64,000 nucleotides of DNA, taken from the NCBI GenBank assembly GCA_020891255.1, contig BQFW01000004.1, positions 1,488,001 through 1,552,000 on the forward strand, read 5' to 3'. A model generated the notes under the pieces. It searched no databases, was not told the DNA's origin, and worked only from the letters and a program-made list of their open reading frames with translations. Made by a program: the position numbers and the translations under genes. The DNA is from Entomortierella parvispora E1425 (taxonomy: Eukaryota > Fungi > Mortierellomycota). Below are positions 29,727 through 40,500 of the stretch, piece by piece (position 1 is the stretch's first letter; the number at the start of each line of letters is the position of its first letter).

Positions 29727-31308
29727 ATGGCTACCCCTCTTCCCCCATCCTTCACCGTCCCCGCCTCGAGCACCGAGACTCGGAGAGATCCCCTTCTTCA
29801 CCAGGAGCTTCCCCCTCTCTTCCCTGAAAAGGTTACAGTGTCCAACTTTCACAAGTTTTTGGACTGGAAGCATGTCCTTGGCCTGGGGCTCACGCCCATG
29901 ATCGCCATTTATGGACTTTTCACGACCGAGATTCAAACAAAGACTTTGATCTGGTCCATTATCTATTACTTTGCCACCGGCCTTGGTATTACCGCTGGTA
30001 TGTCCTCTAGACCCCTCCACTCTCTTACTCTGGGAAACTGTGTGCGAGAACAGCTGGACTCTGACTAACTCCACGCTTGCGTTTAGGTTACCATCGTCTT
30101 TGGGCACATCGTGCTTACACTGCCGGCCCTGCTATGAGCTTTGCTTTGGCTTTGTTGGGCGCTGGTGCCGTTGAGGGTTCCATCAAGTGGTGGTCCCGCG
30201 GACATCGTGCTCACCATCGCTGGACCGATACCGAGAAGGACCCCTACAGGTAACTCTTCACTTCGTCTTGTCTGCACAGTGGATGCAGGTCTCCCCCAAC
30301 AACGGTGGGCCTTTCCAAGAAAAGAAAATTATTTGCTAGGTTTCGATATGTTCTGGATCTTTTTTCTCTTTTGCTCACCTGGCCCTGTTTTTTTTCCTTC
30401 TTTGTAGTGCCCACCGTGGTCTGTTTTTCTCGCACTTGGGCTGGATGTTGGTCAAGCGTCCTGGATGGAAGATTGGTCACGCTGATGTTGACGACTTGAA
30501 CAAGAGCAAGATGGTTCAGTGGCAACACAAGAACTACCTGGCGCTTGTTCTCTTCATGGGCTTTATTTTCCCTACTTTGGTTGCTGGTCTTGGCTGGGGC
30601 GATTGGCGTGGAGGTTACTTCTTTGCTGCCGTTGCCCGTCTCGTCTTTGTTCACCACGCCACCTTCTGCGTCAACTCTTTGGCCCATTGGCTCGGTGAGG
30701 GCCCCTTCGATGATCGTCACACTCCTCGCGACCACTTCTTCACCGCCTTCATGACCTTGGGCGAGGGCTACCACAACTTCCACCACCAGTTCCCTCAGGA
30801 TTACCGGAACGCCATTCGCTTTTACCAGTACGATCCCACAAAGTGGTTGATTGCCACCTGTGCCTTCTTTGGTCTCGCCACGCACTTGAAGACTTTCCCC
30901 GAGAACGAGGTTCGTAAGGGCCAGCTTCAGATGATCGAGAAGAAGGTCATGGAGAAGAAGACCAAGCTTCAGTGGGGTACCCCCATCTCGGACTTGCCCA
31001 TCTTGTCCTTCGAGGATTTCGAGCACGCCTGCAAGAACGACAACAAGAAGTGGATTTTGCTCGAGGGTGTTGTGTACGATGTGGCTGACTTTATGGCCGA
31101 GCACCCCGGTGGTGAGAAGTATATCAAGATGGGTGTTGGCAAGGACATGACCTCTGCCTTCAACGGAGGCATGTACGATCACTCGAACGCTGCCCGCAAC
31201 TTGCTCAGCTTGATGCGTGTTGCTGTCGTCGAGTTTGGAGGCGAGGTCGAGGCACAGAAGAAGAACCCCTCGGTTCCTGTCTATGGCGACCATGCCAAGA
31301 GCGAGTAA
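29727..31308 (+). CDS. OLE1: Acyl-CoA delta-9 desaturase with C-terminal cytochrome b5 domain
   Basis: His boxes HRLWAH, HRAHH, YHNFHH and the HPGG heme motif. The N-terminus [25 protein letters not shown] resembles M. alpina Ole1p from memory. Confidence 0.98.
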
Positions 31309-31545
31309 ACCTTTTTTCTCTATTCGCAAACACACCCCCATCCTGATATACCTTCCTTCCCTTCACCCAGCATCTTGCATTACACACGTAATAGATATTC
31401 AACAAAAAAATAAAAAAAATACTTTTGATGAATGCGTTGGAGGATCTAACTTCCAGATCCACTCTGTCGCTCTTTGGGATCTGGGTACCAGGAGCCGTCG
31501 CCTGCACGCAAAAAAAAAAAAAAAAAAAAAAAGGAAAACAAAAAG

Positions 31546-31627
31546 TGCAAACTGTGGGATTTGAACCCACGTGCCAATAAAGGCAGAGGGCCTAAACCTC
31601 ACGGGATAACCACTACCCGAAGTTTGC
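31546..31627 (-). tRNA. tRNA-Leu: tRNA-Leu(UAG), intronless, long variable arm
   Basis: Minus strand GCAAACT TC GGGTAGTGGTTATCCC G TGAGG TTTAGGC CCTCT GCCTTTATTGGC AC GTGGG TTCAAAT CCCAC AGTTTGC A. Features: 7-bp acceptor stem, 3-bp D stem, anticodon TAG with G37, variable arm, TTC loop, A73, and downstream oligo-T. Confidence 0.93.
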
Positions 31628-31699
31628 CCTAAAAAGTTGAGAGAAAAATAGTTGGGAATCGTACTTGACCCAGGATTGGTGGCTCAGGTTCCATACCAC

Positions 31700-31719
31700 C
31701 ACGTGACATATCACGTGAT
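31700..31719. promoter_or_regulatory. Tandem E-boxes (CACGTGAC and palindromic ATCACGTGAT) upstream of acyl-CoA oxidase
   Basis: CACGTG at 31700-31705 and 31712-31717, matching the bHLH (Cbf1/USF/TFE-type) RTCACGTG consensus. Function is inferred only. Confidence 0.45.
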
Positions 31720-32385
31720 TATACCCTGTTTTAAAAAAAAAGCTCGGGTAGAAATATCAAAAGTTGCAATAAAAAATAAAAATAAGGGGGGGGGGGGGCT
31801 GCGATGGATGAAAGGATGATATCCAGATCATGAAGTAGCCCTGCGAGTTGCGGACGCGTCGACCAGAAGCATCGGGAGAAAAGACGCGACTTTGCACCAA
31901 TTTTCTTTGGGGCGCAGTTTGAAGCGAACGCGGCTGGGAAGAAAGTGACAGACAGAGGGGAACAAAGAGCAGCGAGCAGACAGAGCCTTCAGTTCAGTTT
32001 AGCCATGAAAAGGGCTGGTGGCACGATGCGCAAGTGAACACTTGAAGCCGAATTGTCTGCCCCTTTCAGGCATCGCAGCAACGTGCCGATCAGGGCTACA
32101 GATTTCTGCGCTGTCCCGCGTGCAAATCGCTCCTCTTTGTTCACCTCCACTTGTTTAAACAACGTAGAAACCGAGGTGGGGGAAGCAAAAGGTGGAGCGG
32201 GCAATGAGCACATACATAACTACACAACTCAGTTCACTTCGCGCGCTCGCACATGGCTGTCGAGCCACAGGCTCACTTTGACTATTTCAACCCTCATTCT
32301 CTTTTCTCATTCCTTTTTTTTTCTTCTCTTCTTTCATTCCGCCATCATCCCTTTCCTCCATCTCTACTTCCCGAGAAATATAAAC

Positions 32386-34842
32386 ATGGCCGAGACACAA
32401 AACCAAAAGGACATGGCCCATGCCAGGACCAAGGTCAGCTTTAATGTCACAGACATGACCAACTATCTCCACGGCGGAGCCGCCAATGTAGAGCAGCGTC
32501 GCTACATTATCGACCTGATCGCACGCGAGCCTGTCTTCAACAAGGACGACTGGTATGTTGAGATCCTTCTTACACAAAATGCGAGCCGAGGCATCTCGGG
32601 TCTGTTTACATCGTCTCACACATCCTTTATTTATTGATCGGCTCTTACAGGGGTTGGTTGAACCACACTGATGCTGTCAAGCGTGGCATTGCCATGTCGA
32701 CCCGCCTGGCCGAGATCAAGATGGAGCACGACTTGAACGACCTTGACTTTGCCACCATGATGGAGGCCATCGACGATACCCTTCCCGTAAAGTGACCGCT
32801 CATTCTATCTTTTTTTGCTTTGTCATTCCTCTGGCGGGCCTCATTTTTTTTAACTGGATCTTCATTTTTTTTTTTTTTTTTTTTTTTTTTCATTTGCAGA
32901 TCGTTCTTCACAACGGTGCCTTCATTCCCGTGATCAACTCTCAGGGAACGGAGGAGCAGATTGACAAGTGGATTCCTCCTGCAGAGAAATACCAGATTCT
33001 TGGATGCTATGCCCAGACCGAGCTCGGTCATGGTTCCAACCTTTCAAAGCTTGAGACCACGGCCACCTTTATTCCTGAGACGGATGAGTGGGAGATCAAC
33101 AGCACGACTTTCACGGCATCAAAGTGGTGGATTGGTGGATTGGCTTGCCTATCAACACATTGCGTGCTTCAGGCGAGACTGTTTATCAAGGGTCATGACT
33201 ATGGTGCACACGTCTTTGTTGTCCCCTTGAGATCCTTGGATGATCATAAGCCCTTCCCTGGAGTCGAGCTGGGAGACATTGGTCCCAAGGCCTTCAACGG
33301 TTTCAACAAGATGGACAATGGCTGTAAGTAGACAATTCGTATCCGAGCTTGAGAAACGACAATGCGCAAACGAAAAGATGCTAAACGAAATCTCTTCTTG
33401 ATCCAATAGTCGCTCGCTTCAACAAGTACCGCATTCCTCGCGAGAACATGTTGATGCGCTTTTCTAAGGTGTCCAAGGAGGGTGTCTACACAAAGCCCCC
33501 CCACGCCAAGGTAAACATACGAATGCTACAAAGGGCATCGGATTTGACTTTTTCTTTGGTTATTGACAACGAGACATTTTTTTCTCGCTCTTCTCCAATG
33601 TAGCTCTCTTATGGTTCCATGGTTTTGTTGCGTTCTGTCCTCATCAAGCAGATGGCACTGTACCTCAGCCGTGCTACAACCATCGCTACCCGCTACTTGA
33701 CTGTCCGTCGTCAATTCAATAACCCCACATCACGTAACGATGCCGATCTGAACCCTGGTTTGGAAACCCAGGTCATCAACTACCCAATGGTCCAGAACAG
33801 ACTTTTCCCCATGATCGCCCAGTCTTACGCATTGTTTGCCGCCGGTTCCGAGATGATGAACAAATACATTTCATTGATGACAGATATGTCCTCTGGAAAC
33901 ATCGATGCCCTGGCTGAGGTCCATGCCATGTCTTCGGCTCTCAAGTCATACTGCACCACCATCGGTGCTGCTGGAACAGAGGAGTGCCGTAAACTGATGG
34001 GTGGTCATGGATTCTCGTACTTTACTGGTATTGCCCACCTCTTTGCCTCGATCGTGCCCTCCAACACTTACGAGGGAGACAACTATGTCTTGACTCAGCA
34101 AATGTCCCGCTATCTCTTGAAAGAGGTTAAAACCGCCAAGACTCAGCCCGAGAAGGTGACGCCTTACTCCAAGTACCTGTTGTTGGCCTTGAACAAGAGT
34201 GCTTTCGATCGTACGACCTGCGGAGTGGCCCATGCTGAGGATTGGCTTAAGCCCGAAGTCCAGCTTGCGGCGTTTGAGCACAGATGCGCGCGTTTGGCCT
34301 TTGAGCTGAGCGATGCAGTCGAAGCCGGTGGATTGGATCAGGCCAACCCCAAGACCTGGTCTGACCACAACATTGAGTGCTACCGTGTCTCGCACGCACA
34401 CGCTCAGTACACTATGGTCCTTTGGTTCATTCAGTCCATCCAGGCTGCTCAGGACCCCGCGTCGGAGGAGGAACGTCGTGCAGAGGGACCTTCGATCAAG
34501 GTTCTGGAGCGTCTTTCGCACTTGCATGCCCTGCACACCATGCAGACCAACTTGACCGACTTTGTTGAGGATGGTTACTTCTCCCCTGCTCAGTGTCAAT
34601 CCTTGAGAGCTCAGGTCAAGGCCTTGGTCGCGTCGCTGGCAGATGAGGCCATAGGTTTGGTCGATGCTTTTGATCACCCCGACTTCTTGCTGAACTCGGC
34701 TTTGGGTGCTGCTGACGGCAACGCTTACAAGCGTCTTTGGGACAAGGCCCAAACCGAGCCTCTGAACCAAAAACAGGTCTGCGATGGCTATGAAGAGTTC
34801 ATTCGACCTCTCCTCAAGAAGCATGGCGATGTCAAGCTTTAA
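32386..34842 (+). CDS. POX1: Peroxisomal acyl-CoA oxidase
   Basis: GCYAQTELGHGSN, SKWWIGG, GDIGPK..DNG, YLTVRRQF, CRKLMGGHGFS, TYEGDN, and LVDAFD..LNSALG..DGNAY. Ends in PTS1-like VKL. Confidence 0.96.
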
Positions 34843-35186
34843 ATATTCCCTATTTATGTCACTATTTAGAACAATCCTTTGCAATAGAAGTTTTTTTCCA
34901 TGAATGTTGCTGGAAAGATATTAATAGTTGTTTGTATCCAGGGCGCATTGGGTTCTCCCTTAATCTCCCAAGGTGAAGGCATTGGGAACCGTCGCTGGAA
35001 AAATTTGTCGAGCCGCTTCTTGAGAATTGGCCAAGCCTCCTCACGAATAGCGTATTCAGGGACAAGAAAGTGTATGGTCTCTACTGTAATAGTTTAGATG
35101 TCTTTATCCGATACTCGCTCTTCTCTTCGAAAACCTTCTCTTCAAAACACTTTACTCCTGCTCATTCCCTGCTGATTGACTTCATC

Positions 35187-36149
35187 ATGCCGAACAACGA
35201 AAGACCTGTAGGCAACAATGCCCGACAGGAAGCCTTAGTTTCTGGCCCTGGCACCACTAACTCCCCCCCCCCCCCCAAGCGCCGAGGAAGACCTCTGAAG
35301 GCTACCGTCGCGACCAGGACTTCAGCTGTGCTGTCCACAGAGTCGCTCGATCCTGTACCCACCGAGGAAACGATGACGGCCTCCACAGCTGACTTGTCTA
35401 CCTTGAGTGCACCCTCTTCCGAGGCAGTCCCCGCGACTCAGTCGGTTGATCCTGCATCGACACCTCCAGCAACGAGTGCAAATGCAACGCGTCTTCAACG
35501 CGTTCTTTCGAAACAAAGCAGCAGGAAACGTCTGATTTTCCGGATGCTGTGGAGAAAGAGACCGCAGCGGCAGTGGCGACTGGACGTGGGAAAAGAAGGC
35601 AGGAAGAAACCCAACCTTATGATGCTGTCTTAAACGAGAAACGCTCCAAGAAGCCGATCCTCACATTGACTAAACTGACTACAGGGCCTCCTTCAGCCAA
35701 CGGATGGAACAAGTCCCCGTTCTCTCCGTCTGCATTTGATGATCAAGCATCAATCTCACTTGCGGAAGAAGTTGTTCTTGCCAAAAGGAAGGAGTCTGCT
35801 CGAGTCGTCCTTGAAGGTATCCTCAACCGACCGCCTACAAAGACAATTCAAGCATACAAAACCTACTTCAAGCTGTGGAAGGTATGTATCCCCTATATAT
35901 CCAAATCCATGCTGGCTCCCATAGTGCATCTTTATAAGCATCTTGGCACTAAACTATTTTTGCATGACCATTTTGTAGACCTTTTGCGATATGAACTATG
36001 ATGGCGACAGCACTGTTTCATCCACCAGGATGCTCGAGTTCTTTGAGAAGGTCGTTTGGAGAGCCTGGACACTGCTGACTCGTACCCTTCCCTTACATCG
36101 AACGTTGAAGGTGGTTCCTTGTCTACGAGTCAAGCTAGTCTATGATTGA
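35187..36149 (+). pseudogene. Degenerate Crypton/Ndc10-like N-terminal fragment (AT-hook + RPxxTxxAY..W..FC motif), frameshifted and truncated
   Basis: AT-hook KRRGRP, then a frameshift near 35480-35510, then NRPPTKTIQAYKTYFKLWK | intron | TFCDMNYDGDSTVSSTRMLEFFEKVV. This resembles the N-terminal domain of fungal Crypton/Ndc10-like proteins. No catalytic recombinase domain follows. Confidence 0.55.
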
Positions 36150-37526
36150 ACCAGTCAAATCACAGGGCAACAGCATGGTCTGGTCGGGATCTATACACAT
36201 CTTCCGACTGTTAGGTCGATGCCATTCTAGGAGGAGAGCCCTCGTTACCTACAGTGGTAAACGAGCACTCATGTAGCTCTCACAATAAAAGGTTACAATA
36301 TCAGTGTGGCGATTGATCAATGAACGCTTGATACTCGAAACAAAAGACAGATCAGCCCTCAGCCGTGCTTCTTTCTTTGTGACCTCTGCGACCTCTATCC
36401 AGACTCCCATCCAGACCTCACCTATCCAGTCTCGATCTCTTACACGCACCTTGACAGCGCTGCTTTCTGCATCTTCCGAACAACTGCCCATAAACAACAT
36501 AGCCCTCGGCCTCATTTCCGGTACGGATTTTAGACATTTTAGACATGGTTTTGTTTATCTACTTGCACCTCAAGGAACGGCTTACCAACATGTTTTGATC
36601 TTCCTTTTTTATACCTTGTCGTCCGTCACCAACAGCGCAACAGACCTGTTCAGACCTGTTCTTTGCCTGTTGTCACCAAGCCAAAAAGGCGAATTCTGAG
36701 AGCTAGGCAAGAATAACGGACTAGTACAGCCCGCCCGAAAAGTTACTTTATAGTCTGTTGCAACTAACAACTGCTACCACTACTTGCATTTGTTGCCAAC
36801 TCACAGCCCAGGTTCTCAGCCACTGGCCCTTATAGCCAGCACCACACCAGAGCAGATCTGACCACCGCGAACGCAAGTTGTCATCTCGGGATAGAGAGAG
36901 TAAGCGAGCGGACTTCACCTTTTTTTTTCTTGCGCTTTGATTGATGTGATGGAGAGATGGAGAAAAGTACAATCAGAAACACTTGTGCAGCGTCTTGGAT
37001 GAGAATCATCCCTCTTGTAACATGTACCCCACCACGCCATCTCAATCCAACTTGATATTATCCCCTACCTGCCGAGGAAACAATCTTTCTCGTAACGGCC
37101 TCAAAAAAACCATCTCACCAAAGGATATTCCTGTCGGTCTCCGGACGAGCACACAATCAATTCATTTTTCCCTCTCCTGCACAAGGACACATACATACAT
37201 ACAACTTTTCGTTCACCCTTTAAACTTCATCCGCCCACACTTCCACTTTATGGAAAGCCTCCTCAGTACCTTTCCTTCTCTTCGCAGAACCGGATATTAA
37301 TACCACGCACTCTTCCACTATTCAGTTGCTAGACAACAACGTCGCCTCACTGCAGATTTCCCTTTCTGCCATTCACGTCATCTCCAGTTGCTGCTTCCCA
37401 TTGACGACAATACGCTCACAGTATACGCCTTTCGGTAAGGAGACAACGTGAAGCTTCCAGAATCTGCGAAAAAGTTATATAGGATGGCCATCTGATCCAG
37501 TCTTCAACACTTGCAGGTAAAAAATC

Positions 37527-40500
37527 ATGGGTTGTAACAAGCTCTTCGTCACAATTCATAAAAATGGATTGTCAAACGTCTCGGCAACTAGTCAACAAGT
37601 TCGAGAAGCTGGGTTCAGTTTGTTCCAGTACGATGTCCTTGCTATGCACCTCAGGACAATTATTCGGCATGCCATTGACGCCAGGCACTTTCGAAATGGT
37701 TCGCTCGACCTTGACGAGTCGATGCTCGCCGCGGCAAGGGAGATAAAGCGGGATATTGACCTTACGCTTACCGATCTCCTCGTAACCTCCGATAAAACCA
37801 CTCAAGGCACTTCCATGCAACCTTCTACTGCTTTTGGGCTCTCGAGTCTTGCTCACGGATCGATCTCCCTGTACGACCGGCTCCTCTTACACATTGACGG
37901 TGGGCCAAGTCTTGCAAAAGGCATTGAACACCAGAAAAGACTCAAAAAGAGAGAAGAGGCTGCAAGCAAGTTGGACTCGTGCATCCGAGCATTTAACATT
38001 AAGAGGGGCCGATCCCGCAGAGTCCCAAAAAAGCTACTCGACCGCATGCAAAAGGAAATGACCAAGGCGTTCCAACTTACAATCCATCATAAGGAAGCAC
38101 TTCACAGGGCTTTCAAGGCGGTCGGTCTCCGGTCACACATCTGCCACGGCGAAGCCGACCCATGTTTGGCCAAAGCATGCTTGGACCATGCATCCAATGC
38201 ACGAGGATCTTCGCAACCCTCGGGCTCTTCTGATTCATCAAGTCTTTCAGTCCCTTCTCAAGGAAAGATGGCTGTGATTACAAAGGATTCTGACCTCCTT
38301 GTGTATGAATCCATCGAGGGAGTTCTACGTCCAAATCCAAAGGGCGCTGGATACATCCTTTACGAAAAAACAGAGGTGCTCAAAGTCCTCAAACTTTTGC
38401 ATCCCTTGTTCCTGGTGCTGTATGGCATTTCTCTGAGAAATGACTACTCTTACAATGTCAGGTCAATCGGTCCTGTCGGTAGCCTAGAGCTCGTTCATCA
38501 AGTTCAAGACAAGTACCTGCCAGCTCCAGCGGCTCAAGCTGCTCCACGCCCTTCCTCAGCATCAAGAAAGGGGAAGAATCTTGTACAGCCGCCGTTTCCT
38601 TCCTCGGCAGCATCGAGTTCTCTCGGATCAGCTCAGCGTAAAGGCAAGTCTGTCGTAGCGCCTGTGTTTGCTCCTTCTCCTACCCCTACTCCTACAACTA
38701 CACGAGGGAAGCATGCTCGAGGACTCGGCCCCGAGGATGAAGGTCCGGCAGTAAAAAAACGAATCGGCAGCGACCCAAGCGCCGATGCTGCGTCGGCCGC
38801 AGGTCAGAGCTCGATAATCTCGGTCAACCCACAGCAGTCTCAACCATCGCCAGAAGAGCTCAAAAGCATCAGAGACCTCGTCGCGTGTTGGTGCGAAAAG
38901 GCATCTGCCAAAATCAAGAAGAATGTCTATGCTACTCGTTTCGAGAACACCATCCAGACCTTTGGATTCTACAGTCAGCTGGTTGTTGGTGAGGATCCTC
39001 TGGTAAACTTTTGGTACGTTTACCAATTCGAGCCACCTCTCCAGCCCCCATTGGCGGCTTGGCCCGAGGACGAAGAGGTTGCACCAGAGAAGACGGACAA
39101 GATTGACCCGGATACTCTCTCGGCTCGTGCGCTTGTCCTTCTCGAACAATATGCCAAAGTCCGAAACCATCTCAATGAACAAGCAGAGCGGTCTCCTTCT
39201 CCTGGCACGTAAGTGATCCACTTGATACCCAACCCTGATACTCTCTATTGAGAAGATGCATTCAGACCCTAACATCCTCTTTTTTTTCTTCCGTGGTTAC
39301 CTTAGTATCAAGTCCTACAATCACACTCGCTATCACAATCTCCTTCCAGGTCAAATCCAGGCAAACGGCGATGTGATCGATATAATTAACCGCAGGCCTC
39401 CCTACAACCAATTCTCCCACCACTATATCAAGAAGGACGGGTTCCTTCAAGGCCGATCCATCAACGATATTACTGCTGTCAAACCAAAGTCTGTATCTAT
39501 TACTGCGACAGTCTCGGGTTCTACAAGTACGGCCCAAGCCCATTCATCCAGTGGTGCTGCGGCCAGTAGCGGCGGCAGCAGTTCAAAGTCCAAGCGGAAT
39601 ACCAAGAAGAAGAAAAAGGGCAACAAGCACCGCAAAAAGGGCAACAAGCGGCGCAAAAAGGACCCCACGGACTATAAGGAAAAGGCCCCGGCGGGTACTG
39701 GTCCCAAGCCTTCGAGCGCCACCATAAGGGCCAGAAAGTCGGCACAAGAGTACGAGATGAGAACCCTCACAGTTGGCAGCTTGGCCAAGAATATTTGCTC
39801 CTGTCTTATGGCCAATCGAGATATGGACAAATACCCTTTCAAGTCCCCCGAGTTCTTTAGTTTTTTCCGCGAGCAGAGGACGCTTGCAGAGAAGGTTGCC
39901 AAGAGAATTCAAGTGTGCGTGGAAACAGCACAAATGTACCAAGAGACTTTATACGCCATCATTATGCTTGCGATTGACGACGTCAAAGACCCATCACGCC
40001 TGAAGCAGCAGTCCCAAGAGGCACGAAGAATCGAGGTTGGGTCCTCTCGTTACCGTGAGCGATTACCCTGGGAGCTGCCAGAGACGTACGATAACTCTTT
40101 TATTGCCTCGCTTCTCGATCAAAAGGTTATATACGGGCTCTCCTCCCTGATCTTTTATGGTAAAAACCGGGCAACAGAGGCTGCTATCGAGGCAAAAGAT
40201 GCACACCAGAATACATCCACTCGCAACGCTTCAACCAGAAAAATGGATTACTCCAAGAACTATGGGACGTGGATTTTTGAACGGTATCGGCAAGAGACTG
40301 GATTTATTCCGTTTGCTGAAAGAGACATTCACATCTTACACGCCGAGGCGACCCGTTCTGCGGCATCTGATGTGCTTGAGGCCATCGACACGCACTACAA
40401 GTATGCCTTGGTAGGTCACCCTTCTCCATGTACCGAAATCTAGTATACATGGCTTTGATTCTGCCGGCTGATTGCTTTTTTATGTTGAACCACTCTAATG

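Noticed and set aside
30244-34884. Long antisense ORFs (30244-31341, 33946-34884; similarly 16725-17570)
   Set aside because: Shadow ORFs opposite codon-biased, well-supported genes (OLE1, POX1, SDR), with no recognisable motifs.
23999-35276. Homopolymer runs (poly-G 23999-24012 and 31787-31798, poly-C ~35263-35276, many poly-A/T runs)
   Set aside because: Such runs are common throughout this genome's introns and UTRs, with no evidence of retroposed tails or TSDs.
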